Positions 27,659 through 36,904 of a stretch of DNA of 64,000 bases are shown here, one piece after another; the first letter of the stretch is position 1; every line of letters starts with the position of its first letter. Below the pieces are notes generated by a model. That model saw only the letters and a program-made list of their open reading frames with translations. It did not search any database and had not been told where the DNA came from. Source of the stretch: an uncultured Gemmatimonadaceae bacterium (GTDB taxonomy: Bacteria > Gemmatimonadota > Gemmatimonadetes > Longimicrobiales > RSA9); contig CAYQCY010000004.1 of NCBI GenBank assembly GCA_964416095.1, positions 8,561 through 72,560 of the forward strand, given 5' to 3'. The position numbers were made by a program, and so were the translations under genes.

Positions 27659-28671
27659 GGCCGCCACGGCTCCTCGTCTTTCTGGGCCGGCTTCTTCGCC
27701 TCCTGCACCCGTGCCCAGAGCGCTTCCACCAGCTCGTCGATCCCCTGCCGGGTCACCGCGGAGGCCACGAACACGTTCCACGCGTCCGGCGCCTCCACGG
27801 TCGGCGCCTCGTCGGGCGGCAGCGTATCGGCCTTGCTCAGCAACACGCAGTGGGGCCGGGCCGCCAGATCCCCCGAGTAGGCATCCACCTCCCCCCGTAG
27901 CGCGCGGTATTCCGCGGCCGGGTCCTCCGCGTCGACGGGCACCATGTAGACCAGCGTACGGGTACGCTCGATGTGACGCAGGAACTGGAGACCCAGGCCC
28001 TTCCCCTCGTGGGCGCCCTCGATGATGCCCGGGATGTCCGCCACCACGAAGGTTCGGGCTTCCGAGAGCTGGACCACGCCCAGGTGCGGCTCCGTCGTCG
28101 TGAAGGGGTACGCCGCGATCTTGGGCCGGGCGGCCGAGATGACCGAGAGAAGCGTCGACTTGCCCGCGTTCGGCTTCCCCACGAGCCCGACGTCCGCGAT
28201 GAGCTTGAGCTCCAGCCGCAGCCTGCGCTCCTCGCCGGGCTCGCCGGGCTCCCATTCCGTGGGCGCCCGGTTCGTGGCGGTGGCGAAGGCCGCATTGCCC
28301 CGACCCCCACGTCCACCCTCCGCCACGACCAGCCGGTCCCCGTCCTCGAGCAGCTCCCCCAGCTCTTCGCCCGTCTCGTCGTCGTACACCACCGTCCCCG
28401 GCGGAACCCGCAGGTGCAGGTCGGCACCGTCCCTCCCCGTCCGGTTCTTGCCCTGGCCGTGCTCGCCCCGCTCGGCCCGGTAATGCTGCTGGTAGCGGTA
28501 GTCCAGGAGCGTGCCGAGCTGGTCGTCGGCCACCAGGATCACGTCGCCCCCCCGACCGCCGTCGCCACCGGACGGGCCGCCGCGGGGCACGGACCTCTCC
28601 CGCCGGAAGGCCTCGGCCCCGGAGCCGCCGGTCCCGGCGCATACGTGCACGGTCACCTGGTCGATGAACAC
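27655..28671 (-). CDS. obg: GTPase Obg
   Basis: 338 aa: MFIDQVTVHVCAGTGGSG, an Obg fold with Gly-rich repeats, G1 GKPNAGKST and DIPGIIEGA. Confidence 0.95.
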   Translation of the reverse strand: MFIDQVTVHVCAGTGGSGAEAFRRERSVPRGGPSGGDGGRGGDVILVADDQLGTLLDYRYQQHYRAERGEHGQGKNRTGRDGADLHLRVPPGTVVYDDETGEELGELLEDGDRLVVAEGGRGGRGNAAFATATNRAPTEWEPGEPGEERRLRLELKLIADVGLVGKPNAGKSTLLSVISAARPKIAAYPFTTTEPHLGVVQLSEARTFVVADIPGIIEGAHEGKGLGLQFLRHIERTRTLVYMVPVDAEDPAAEYRALRGEVDAYSGDLAARPHCVLLSKADTLPPDEAPTVEAPDAWNVFVASAVTRQGIDELVEALWARVQEAKKPAQKDEEPWRP

Positions 28672-28681
28672 CCGTTCCTCC

Positions 28682-29311
28682 TCAATCCGTCGCGACGCCG
28701 TGCCGCTCCTTCACCTTCTCCCACACCCTGCGCGCGTCCTGGATCCGCTCGGGCCCGATGACCTCCTCGATCCAGTCCAGCGTCCGCTCCACCTCTGCCG
28801 GCGTGGCCCCCACGTTCAGGGCGCCCCGCAGGTGCGCGAAGAGCTGACGCGGCGTGTAGAGACCCGCCAGGAAGCCGACAGTGCACAGCTCCCGTCTGAC
28901 CAGGTCCAGCGCGCCCCGACCCAGCACCTTCCCGTACCCTTCCGTGACGGCCCACCGGTCCAGGTCGGGGTGGAGCTGTCGCACCGCTTCCCGCAACCGC
29001 TCGTACTGGCCGTCGTAGACGGCGCCGCAGACCGCCTCGCCGCGCCGCGTCCAGCCGTCCCAGTCGGAATCCGCGGGGTCCGGGGCCGGACGGCCGGACC
29101 GCTTGCGCCAGAGGCTGAATCCGTTCAGCGCCGCCGGGAAGCCCAGGAACAGATAGCTCTGGAGCAGCACCTCCTCCACGTGCTCGGGGTCGGCGTGCTC
29201 GATGGCGTCGTCCATGGCGTCCAGCAGCACCGGCTTCTTCCTCTCCCCCTCCACCATCCCCCGGGACAGCGCGGCCGCCAGGCGCACCAGCATGCGTGTG
29301 TCCTCACCCAT
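28682..29311 (-). CDS. carboxymuconolactone decarboxylase (AhpD-like) family protein
   Basis: Two CMD-like helical regions (VLLQSYLFLGFPAALN; RELCTVGFLAGL...HLRGALNVGATPAEV). The start is ATG 29311 (alternative 29293) and overlaps the upstream stop. Confidence 0.7.
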   Translation of the reverse strand: MGEDTRMLVRLAAALSRGMVEGERKKPVLLDAMDDAIEHADPEHVEEVLLQSYLFLGFPAALNGFSLWRKRSGRPAPDPADSDWDGWTRRGEAVCGAVYDGQYERLREAVRQLHPDLDRWAVTEGYGKVLGRGALDLVRRELCTVGFLAGLYTPRQLFAHLRGALNVGATPAEVERTLDWIEEVIGPERIQDARRVWEKVKERHGVATD

Positions 29312-30365
29312 CCCGCTCCTCCGGCGCCAGCCGGACGCGGATCGCACCGACCACGTCGCCCAGCGTGTTCGTCACTGCCGGCTCCGCGTAGGACGCCAAT
29401 CGGTCCAGCTCCTCCGCCGTCAGGGCCTCCAGCTCCCGGAGCATGGCAAGGAGCACCGGCTCCGAGGCGCGCTTCGCCCCGTCCTCCACCTTGACGGCGA
29501 TCCCCAGGCCCGACCCGGGAACGCCGGCGCCGTAGACCCCTTCCGCGCCCGTCTTGGCGAAGACCCGTCCCCCGGTGATCGCCATGAGCTCGGTGCAGAG
29601 CCGATCCGTGCCACCCGCGAAGAAGGGGTGCAGCGTCATGGCGCCCACCACGCGCCCGGCGGGACCGTCCGGCTCTCGGGAGGCCCGGGCCAGGCGCCCG
29701 AACGCCGTCGCCAGCGCCTCGAGGGGCAACGCGAAGGTGACGACGCCGCAGCCGTCGGTGGCCTGCGGGATGGCATCCTCCGGCACGCCGCTCCACGACG
29801 CGAGGGTCGACGCCACCCGCCGCTGCGCCGGGTGGTCCGGCCGGTGGTACCCGTCCGTCGGCCAACCGTTGTGACGGGCCAGGGCCAGCATCCCGGCGTG
29901 CTTGCCCGAGCAGTTGTTGTGGATCCGGGTCGGCGTCTCGCCGCTCACGGCCAGGCTCCACGCCGTCGGCTCGTGGTACGGGGCGTGGGGACCGCAGACC
30001 AGCGCCTCTTCATCCACACCCGCCTTCTCCAGGATCGACCGGGCCGCCGCCACGTGGGCCGGCTCCCCGTTGTGGGAGGAGCAGCACAGCGCCAGCTCCT
30101 CACCGGTGAGGCCCAGCGCGTCCACGACCCCGTCTTCCACCAGTGGCAGGGCCTGGAACGGCTTGATGGCCGACCGGGTGAAGACCGGAGCCGCCACGTT
30201 CCCGCTTCGGCGCACGAGAACGCCGTCCGCCGCCACCGCCAACCGGACCCGATGCACCGACTCGATGCGACCCCCACGCGACACCTCCACCCACGAATCC
30301 GCCAAGGTTCCCTCCCCTCTATGATGAGCGGCCCTCCAGCCGCGATCCATGGAAGCTCGGGTCAT
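29304..30365 (-). CDS. asparaginase II-like (PF06089-type) protein
   Basis: 353 aa with RGGRIESVHR, RSAIKPFQALP, CCSSHNGE, NNCSGKHAGML and TDGCGV. ATGA overlap with the EamA stop. Confidence 0.75.
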   Translation of the reverse strand: MTRASMDRGWRAAHHRGEGTLADSWVEVSRGGRIESVHRVRLAVAADGVLVRRSGNVAAPVFTRSAIKPFQALPLVEDGVVDALGLTGEELALCCSSHNGEPAHVAAARSILEKAGVDEEALVCGPHAPYHEPTAWSLAVSGETPTRIHNNCSGKHAGMLALARHNGWPTDGYHRPDHPAQRRVASTLASWSGVPEDAIPQATDGCGVVTFALPLEALATAFGRLARASREPDGPAGRVVGAMTLHPFFAGGTDRLCTELMAITGGRVFAKTGAEGVYGAGVPGSGLGIAVKVEDGAKRASEPVLLAMLRELEALTAEELDRLASYAEPAVTNTLGDVVGAIRVRLAPEERDG

Positions 30366-31312
30366 CCGCCTGTCTCCACGACCCGACGTCGTCGTACCAC
30401 GCCCAGGGCGATCCCGGAGATGATCAGGGCGCCCCCGACCACGACCTGGACCGACGGCACCTCGGCGATCCCGGGCAGCACCCATGCCAGCAGCGTCGCG
30501 CCCACCGGCTCGCCCAGCAGCGCCAGGTTGGCCACGTAGGCCGGGATGTAGCGAAGCGCGTAGTTCACGCCGGTGTGCCCCAGCATCATGGGCCCGGCGG
30601 CCAGCGCCAGGAAGATGAGCCAGTCGCCGCCCGGGTACCCGACCAGCTCCACCGACGGGTGCGCCAGCACGGCCAGGAACAGGACTGCCGCGGCGATCCC
30701 GTACACGACGCCGATGTAGCTCCACAGGTCCATGCGCTGCCGCAGACGGCGTCCGATCACGTAGTACAGCGCCACGAACACCGCCCCGGCCAGCGCGAGC
30801 CCGTCGCCCAGCAGCGGCGCCGGGCCCCGGGTGAAATCGCCCCAGCCGATGATCACCGCCCCCGCCACGGCCACCAGGATCCCCACCACCTGGATCGGCG
30901 TCGGCCGTTCCGCCAGGAACACCGCCGAGAGGATCGCCACCATGATGGGCTGCGTGTTCACCAGCACCACCGAGCTGGCCACGGAGGTGAGGGACAGGGA
31001 CGCGATCCAGCTCCAGAAGTGGGCCGCCAGCATGACACCGGAGATGCCGGCCAGGGCCCACTCGCGACGACTCAGCCCGATGGGCGGCCGCCGCCCGCGG
31101 GCCATGAGAACGACGCCGATGAACGCCACCGAGAAGATCAGCCGCCACAACGCCACGGCCAGCGCCGGCGCCGTGGCGAACCGGATCAGGGGGCCCGCCC
31201 AGCTCACGGCCAGGACGGCCACCAACAGCATGAGCCGGGGCGGAGGCATGGGCCCGGTCCCGGCCGGTTGCCCCGACGGGCCCGGACCGCCGGTCGCGTC
31301 GTCGTCCCTCAT
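30362..31312 (-). CDS. EamA/DMT-family transporter
   Basis: 316 aa, ~10 predicted TM helices in two EamA-like halves. The start could alternatively be the internal MPPPRLML. Confidence 0.8.
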   Translation of the reverse strand: MRDDDATGGPGPSGQPAGTGPMPPPRLMLLVAVLAVSWAGPLIRFATAPALAVALWRLIFSVAFIGVVLMARGRRPPIGLSRREWALAGISGVMLAAHFWSWIASLSLTSVASSVVLVNTQPIMVAILSAVFLAERPTPIQVVGILVAVAGAVIIGWGDFTRGPAPLLGDGLALAGAVFVALYYVIGRRLRQRMDLWSYIGVVYGIAAAVLFLAVLAHPSVELVGYPGGDWLIFLALAAGPMMLGHTGVNYALRYIPAYVANLALLGEPVGATLLAWVLPGIAEVPSVQVVVGGALIISGIALGVVRRRRVVETGG

Positions 31313-31320
31313 CGCCGTGC

Positions 31321-32154
31321 TCAGAGGAGGGCGGCCGCGTTCTGGAGCACCAGCCGCAGCCCCAGCAGCAGGAAGACCACCGCGAACATGATGCGCAGCC
31401 CGCGGGTGTTCATGCGCTGGTTCACACGGGCGCCCAGCTGCGCGGTGAAGATCGACGTCATCAGGATCGGCACCCCCGCCGCCACATGGACGTAGCCCGC
31501 GCTCCCGGGCGGCAGGCCCGCCACGTCACGCCCCGTGACCCAGTAGGCCAGCACGCCCGCCGCGGCCGTGAAGATGATGATCCCGATGGAGGTGGCGGCC
31601 ACCTTCTTCAGGTCGAGCCCCACCAGGTGGATCAGGATGGGGATGGCCACGATGCCGCCCCCCACCCCGAGCAGCGCCGAGAAGAAGCCGACGGCACAGC
31701 CGGACAGGAGGAGCAGCGCCAGGGGTGCCCGCCGGCCCGGCGCCGCCGCCTGCCTCTTCTTCCTGAGCAGGCGCACGGCGGAGACGAGCAGGACGGTTCC
31801 GAAGGCCACCTTGAGGAGTGCCGCGGGCAGCAGCGGCGCCACCCACGCCCCCACGACGGCCGCCAGCATGGCCGTGGCCGCCAGCGGCATCACGGCCCGC
31901 CAATCCACGAGCCGCGCCCGGTGGTAGCTCCACGCGCCCACCATGGCCGTCGGCACGATGACCAGTAGGCTCGTGGCGTGGGAGACCACCGTCTGCAACG
32001 AGGGTGACAGCTCCACCCCGCTCCAGGCCGGATAGCCGTAGAACAGGTAGAGGAGGGGCACGATGAGCACCCCTCCTCCTATGCCGACCAGGCCGGCCAC
32101 GAACCCCACCAGGGTCCCGGCCGCCAGCAGCGAGACGAACACGTCGGGCGCCAT
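31321..32154 (-). CDS. TauE/SafE-family anion exporter
   Basis: 277-aa polytopic membrane protein with repeated GIGGGVLIVP / GVGGGIVAIP motifs. Confidence 0.8.
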   Translation of the reverse strand: MAPDVFVSLLAAGTLVGFVAGLVGIGGGVLIVPLLYLFYGYPAWSGVELSPSLQTVVSHATSLLVIVPTAMVGAWSYHRARLVDWRAVMPLAATAMLAAVVGAWVAPLLPAALLKVAFGTVLLVSAVRLLRKKRQAAAPGRRAPLALLLLSGCAVGFFSALLGVGGGIVAIPILIHLVGLDLKKVAATSIGIIIFTAAAGVLAYWVTGRDVAGLPPGSAGYVHVAAGVPILMTSIFTAQLGARVNQRMNTRGLRIMFAVVFLLLGLRLVLQNAAALL

Positions 32155-32178
32155 GCCCCCGAGTGTACGGCCTCCGGT

Positions 32179-33852
32179 CTACGGACGCGAGTTGCCGGCG
32201 GCCTCCATGGCCTCCGTGAAGCCGAGCATCAGTCCCCGCTCCCGGGCCACCCGGTTCGCCAGCGGGAACAGGTCCGCCTGGCCCGAGGCACGGCGCAGCA
32301 GCTCCACCGCGAGCTGGACCTCCGCGTCCTCCGCCGTCAACCGCTTCCAGCCCTCGACCTTGTCGAAGGCCGCCGTGCTGATCTCCTGGGCGAGCCGGCG
32401 CCGCAGGAACGGTGAGGCCTCGGCGAGCACCGTGCGCGGCACGTCCACGCCGGACTCCGCGAGGACATCGTAGAACCCGTCCAGGACGGACGCCGTCACG
32501 GGGAAGCCCGGCTCCAGGCGCGGGTGCTCGTGCGTGTACGCGACCGCGTAGTCGTACAGCACGTTGTTGAACGTGGACCAGTCCGCCTGCACCGCACGGA
32601 TGAACCGCTGCTCCGCCGTGGTCAGCGTGTCCATGATGATGACGTCCGGCGTGATCCCGCCGCCGCCCAGCACCTTGCGGCCACCGTCCGTCGTGTAGAT
32701 CTCGACGCCCTGCTCCTGCTTCTCCGCCGCGCTCGGCGCATCCAGCGTCTCGGTGTCCACGGCCTCGGGCATCTCCAGGCCGATCCCGTACGGCTTCTGG
32801 ATGCTCCGGCCCGACGGCGTGTACCACCGGGCCGTCGTCAGTTTCAACACGTAGCCGCCCGGCAACCTGTACAGCGTCTGGACCGACCCCTTGCCGAAGC
32901 TCGTTTCGCCCAGCAGGAGCGCACGGTCGTGGTCCTGGAGGGCGCCGGCCACGATCTCGGCCGCCGACGCGCTGCGCCGGCCCACCAGCACCACCAGCGG
33001 TATGTCGGCGAAAACCTCCTCCCGCACCGCCAGGAACTCCTGGGTCTGGCCCGGCGTCCGGCTCCTGGTCTCCAGGACCCCGGCCTGGCGCGGCAGGAAG
33101 AGGTCCGCCACCTCCAGCCCCATGTCCAGGAGGCCGCCCGGGTTCCTGCGCATGTCCAGGATCAGCCGGTCCATCCCTTCCGCCTGCAGCTTCCGGATGG
33201 CCGCCGCCAGGTCCTCCGCCGCCGTCTCGTTGAACGCGGTCAGCTCCACGTAGCCGATCCCGCCGTCCAGCATGTACGATACCGGCACCGACGGCACATG
33301 GATCTCCGCCCGCTCGATGGTGAACGGGATCAGTTCATCGACGCCCACCCGGGAGACCCGGATGGAGACGGTGCTGCCCTGGGGCCCCCGGAGCTCGGCC
33401 ACGGCCCGGTCGTCGCTCCAGCCGCGTGTCGACTCGTCCTCCACCTCCACGATCCGGTCGCCCGCCTGAAGCCCCGCCCGCTCCGCCGGCGTGCCCGGCA
33501 TCGGCGAGAGCACCGTGATCCAGCCGTCCCGGACCGCGATCTCGATGCCCAGACCACCGTAGTCGCCTTCCGTCTGGACCCGCAGCTCCTCGTACTCCTC
33601 CGGCGTCATGAACGTCGAGTGCGGATCGCCCAGCTCCCGCAACAGCCCGTCCACCGCCATGCGGTACAGGTCCGACGGCTGGCGCTCCTCGACGAACCGA
33701 TCCGAGATGTGGTGCAGGACCTCTTCGAAGAGGCGGGCCTGGAAGTAGACGTTCCGGTCCGGGCTGGCGCCTTTCTGCAACAGCCAGCCACCGCTCACCA
33801 GGCCGATGAAGGCCACCGCCACGGGCGCGTAAAGGGAACGCTTCAGCTTCAT
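32179..33852 (-). CDS. S41-family C-terminal processing peptidase
   Basis: Signal anchor MKLKRSLYAPVAVAFIG, a PDZ region (GDRIVEVEDEST) and the catalytic region RRSASAAEIVAGALQD...GKGSVQ. ATG 33852 is preceded by GGAGG. Confidence 0.85.
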   Translation of the reverse strand: MKLKRSLYAPVAVAFIGLVSGGWLLQKGASPDRNVYFQARLFEEVLHHISDRFVEERQPSDLYRMAVDGLLRELGDPHSTFMTPEEYEELRVQTEGDYGGLGIEIAVRDGWITVLSPMPGTPAERAGLQAGDRIVEVEDESTRGWSDDRAVAELRGPQGSTVSIRVSRVGVDELIPFTIERAEIHVPSVPVSYMLDGGIGYVELTAFNETAAEDLAAAIRKLQAEGMDRLILDMRRNPGGLLDMGLEVADLFLPRQAGVLETRSRTPGQTQEFLAVREEVFADIPLVVLVGRRSASAAEIVAGALQDHDRALLLGETSFGKGSVQTLYRLPGGYVLKLTTARWYTPSGRSIQKPYGIGLEMPEAVDTETLDAPSAAEKQEQGVEIYTTDGGRKVLGGGGITPDVIIMDTLTTAEQRFIRAVQADWSTFNNVLYDYAVAYTHEHPRLEPGFPVTASVLDGFYDVLAESGVDVPRTVLAEASPFLRRRLAQEISTAAFDKVEGWKRLTAEDAEVQLAVELLRRASGQADLFPLANRVARERGLMLGFTEAMEAAGNSRP

Positions 33853-33898
33853 CCCGCCTCCGGTCGTTCGGAACAACACCGCCGTACGACGCCTGAAT

Positions 33899-34552
33899 CT
33901 AACCCACGCGCCGCACGAATGTTTCCGGGAACCGCTCGGTCAGCACCGCACGGATCCGCTCGTGCACCTCCTCCGGGGAGCCCGTGCCATCCACCGCCGC
34001 GACCCGCTCCTCCGTCGCCAGATCGTCGTACGCCGCCGCGACCCGCTCGTGGAACCCCCGGCCGGCCCGCTCGAACCGGTCGGCCACCCGGCCCCGTTCC
34101 GCCAGCCGCGCCACGCCCAGTTGCAGCGGCACCTGCAGCAGGATGGTCAACGAGGGCTCCAGCCCGGCCGTGGCGAAGGCGTTGATGCGCCGCACCTCGT
34201 CCAGTGGCAGTGCCCGGGCGTGGCCCTGGTAGGCCAGCGTCGACAGCGCCCAGCGGTCCGTCACCACCACCGCGCCTCGCTCCAGCGCGGGCCGCACCAG
34301 CTCGTCCGTCAGGGCGGCCCGGGCCGCCACGATCAGGAGCAGCTCGGTTCGTGCCGGCACGTGCTCCGTCTCCAGCAGGACCTCCCGGACCCGCTCCCCC
34401 ACGTCGGTGCCTCCCGGCTCCCGCGTCACGACGTGGTCCAGTCCCAGCTCCGCCAGCCAGCCGGCCAGCAACTCCGTCTGCGTGGACTTCCCGGACCCCT
34501 CGATGCCTTCGAGCGCGAGGAAGATGCCTGGCTCCGGCGCGGCGTCGGGCAC
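33899..34552 (-). CDS. tmk: thymidylate kinase
   Basis: IFLALEGIEGSGKSTQ P-loop and TREPGGT. GTG 34552, 2 nt after the ino1 stop, was chosen because there is no in-frame ATG. Confidence 0.85.
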   Translation of the reverse strand: MPDAAPEPGIFLALEGIEGSGKSTQTELLAGWLAELGLDHVVTREPGGTDVGERVREVLLETEHVPARTELLLIVAARAALTDELVRPALERGAVVVTDRWALSTLAYQGHARALPLDEVRRINAFATAGLEPSLTILLQVPLQLGVARLAERGRVADRFERAGRGFHERVAAAYDDLATEERVAAVDGTGSPEEVHERIRAVLTERFPETFVRRVG

Positions 34553-34554
34553 GG

Positions 34555-35871
34555 CTACTCGTAGTAGTCCAGGCCGAGGTGGGTCAGCGACTCCTCGCCC
34601 ATGACGTGACGCAACGTGTTCTTCAGCTTCCAGTGCTGAATGAAGAGGTCGTGTTCCGGGTACAGCTCCGGCGCCGTCATGGGGCTCTTGAAATAGAACG
34701 AGAGCCACTCCTGGATCCCGCCCATCCCGGCCCGCGCCGCCAGGTCCAGGAAGAGCACCAGGTCCAGCACGATGGGCGCCGCCAGGATCGAGTCCCGGCA
34801 CAGGAAGTCGATCTTGATCTGCATCGGGTAGCCCATCCACCCGAAGATGTCCAGGTTGTCCCACCCCTCCTTGTTGTCCCCCCGCGGCGGATAGTAGTTG
34901 ATCCGGACCTTGTGGTAGATGTCGCCGTAGAGCTCCGGGTAGTTGTCCGGCTGGAGGATGTGCTGGAGCACGCCGAGCTTCGATTCCTCCTTGGTCTTGA
35001 ACGATTCGGGGTCGTCCAGCACCTCGCCGTCCCGGTTGCCGAGGATGTTCGTGCTGAACCACCCGTCCAGCCCGATCATGCGTGCTTTCAAGCCGGGCGC
35101 GATGATCGTCTTCATGAGCGTCTGACCGGTCTTGAAGTCCTTGCCGGCGATGGGGACGCCCCGGTCCCGGGCCAGCTCCTCCAGCGCCGGGAAGTCCACG
35201 CTCAGGTTCGGCGCACCGTTGGCGTACGGCACACCTTCCATGAGGGCGGCGTAGGCGTAGAGCATGGATGGTGCGATGGCATCGTCGTTCTCGTCCATCG
35301 CTCTCTCGAACGCCGCCAGGCTCTCGTGGGCGGGCCCCCGTTCCATGAAGACCTCGGTGGAGCCGCACCAGACCATGACCATGCGGTTGCAACCGTGCTC
35401 CGCCCTGAACGACCGGATGTCCTCCCGGAGCTGTTCCGCCAGCTCCCGCTTGTCGGCGCCCGTCTTCACGTTCGTGCCTTCCAGACGGTGCACGTAGCGC
35501 TGGTCGAACGCCGCGGGCATGGGCTCGATGCTTCGCAGGAACCCGGCGATGGGCTCCACGTCCGGGGCCTGCAGCACCGAGGAGCTCGTGGCGCTCTCGT
35601 ACGCGTTCTCCGGGATGGGGTCCCAGGCGCCGAACACGAGCTGGTCCAGGCCCGCCAGCGGCACGAAGTCCCGGATCAGCGGCTCACGGCCCTCCGTCCG
35701 CTTGCCGAGCCGGATCGTCTGCATCTGGGTCAGGGACCCGTACGGCCGGGCCAGCCCACGCCGCGCCAGCTCGACCCCGGCGATGAACGTGGTGGCCACG
35801 GCTCCCAGGCCGGGCAGCAGGACGCCGAGCGTGCCTTCCGAAGAACCGATCGATTCAGCGGACACCTTCAT
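34555..35871 (-). CDS. ino1: myo-inositol-1-phosphate synthase
   Basis: 438 aa with N-terminal GVLLPGLGAVATT (NAD binding), NILGNRDG, and length and organisation typical of bacterial/archaeal MIPS. Confidence 0.85.
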   Translation of the reverse strand: MKVSAESIGSSEGTLGVLLPGLGAVATTFIAGVELARRGLARPYGSLTQMQTIRLGKRTEGREPLIRDFVPLAGLDQLVFGAWDPIPENAYESATSSSVLQAPDVEPIAGFLRSIEPMPAAFDQRYVHRLEGTNVKTGADKRELAEQLREDIRSFRAEHGCNRMVMVWCGSTEVFMERGPAHESLAAFERAMDENDDAIAPSMLYAYAALMEGVPYANGAPNLSVDFPALEELARDRGVPIAGKDFKTGQTLMKTIIAPGLKARMIGLDGWFSTNILGNRDGEVLDDPESFKTKEESKLGVLQHILQPDNYPELYGDIYHKVRINYYPPRGDNKEGWDNLDIFGWMGYPMQIKIDFLCRDSILAAPIVLDLVLFLDLAARAGMGGIQEWLSFYFKSPMTAPELYPEHDLFIQHWKLKNTLRHVMGEESLTHLGLDYYE

Positions 35872-36517
35872 CCTCCCCCATTCGTTGGTGCGGCTCGTCC
35901 AGGGGCACGCCGCCGGCGTGTCGGTAGACCCACACGATCCGGTGGATCGCGGTGACCATCGTGAGGATCGCCATGAGCGCGATGACCCCCTTCAACACGA
36001 TGCCTTCCCACGCCTCGCCGAAGAAGAGGGCGGCGGCGCCCAGCAGCGCCACCCGCTCGGCACGTTGCATGAGCCCGACGCGGCAGTCCAGCCCCAGCGC
36101 CTCCGCCCGGGCGCGGGTGTAGCTGATCATGAGGGACCCCGCCATGGCGATCATGATGAGATAGATCATCCCCACGTCGCCCAGCTCCAGCCGGTAGTCG
36201 TTGTACAGGGAAAGCAGGCCCAGGAAGACCGCGATCTCCCCGATCCGGTCCAGCGTGGAATCGAAGAAGGCGCCGAACTTGCTGCCCAGGTCCGTCAGCC
36301 GGGCGACCCGGCCGTCCAGGATGTCGAAGAAGCCGCCCAGCAGGATGAGGAACCCGGCCACGCGAACCAGGTGCTGGTCGAAGGCCACGGCGGACGCCAC
36401 GCTGGCCAGGAACCCGATGACGGTCAGCGCGTTGGGGTGTACCCTGCGGACGGCCAGCCAGTTCGTGAGCGGATCCAGCGTCCGGTAGACGGGCCCCCGC
36501 AGCAGCTCCAGCGCCAT
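35855..36517 (-). CDS. CDP-alcohol phosphatidyltransferase (candidate phosphatidylinositol-phosphate synthase)
   Basis: 220 aa with the signature DILDGRVARLTDLGSKFGAFFDSTLDRIGE (D-G-x2-A-R-x8-G-x3-D-x3-D) and multiple TM helices. It overlaps the ino1 start by 17 nt. Confidence 0.8.
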   Translation of the reverse strand: MALELLRGPVYRTLDPLTNWLAVRRVHPNALTVIGFLASVASAVAFDQHLVRVAGFLILLGGFFDILDGRVARLTDLGSKFGAFFDSTLDRIGEIAVFLGLLSLYNDYRLELGDVGMIYLIMIAMAGSLMISYTRARAEALGLDCRVGLMQRAERVALLGAAALFFGEAWEGIVLKGVIALMAILTMVTAIHRIVWVYRHAGGVPLDEPHQRMGEDEGVR

Positions 36518-36524
36518 ACGCGCC

Positions 36525-36887
36525 TCAGGGAAGGATGATGTTCGACTGGGCCGCGGCCTCCATCCCCTTCCCCATCTCGTCGTTCACCTTGCCCATGAGC
36601 TTGTCGAAGTTCGACTGGGCCGCCACCACGGCCTGGTAGACCGAGCTCGACTGGAGCTCCGATGCCGCCTCTTCATACTCCGACCGCCTGTCCTCGTCGA
36701 TCTGCTCGCCCGACTGCAGCTTCTGCGCGAACTCCCGCTCGAGCTGGACCAGCCTGTTCAGCTTCTCGACCGTCTCCCGGTCCTCGTTCAGCCGCTGCTG
36801 CGCCCGCCGCAACGCCTTGTATTCATCCGTCTGGCCAATCAGCCGCCCGACCTCTTTCGCCTTCTCCAGCATCGTCTCGTGCATCAA
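36525..36887 (-). CDS. YlbF/YmcA-like (UPF0342) protein
   Basis: 120-aa all-helical acidic protein whose pattern (KAKEVGRLIGQTDEYKALRRAQQRL...) resembles the YlbF family. The assignment rests on pattern only. Confidence 0.6.
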   Translation of the reverse strand: MMHETMLEKAKEVGRLIGQTDEYKALRRAQQRLNEDRETVEKLNRLVQLEREFAQKLQSGEQIDEDRRSEYEEAASELQSSSVYQAVVAAQSNFDKLMGKVNDEMGKGMEAAAQSNIILP

Positions 36888-36904
36888 TCGTCCCTTCGCT
36901 GTCG

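Noticed and set aside
24260-27880. 1206-aa plus-strand ORF. Similar giants are at 44462..48745 (1427 aa), 36662..40138 (1158 aa) and 18695..21379 (894 aa).
   Set aside because: All lie antisense to well-supported minus-strand genes (hrcA/hemW/dprA, rimO/lolA/ftsK, prmC/prfA/rpmE, mutS2). Their translations are Arg/Pro/Gly/His-rich with no motifs. Long antisense ORFs are expected in stop-codon-poor ~70% GC DNA.
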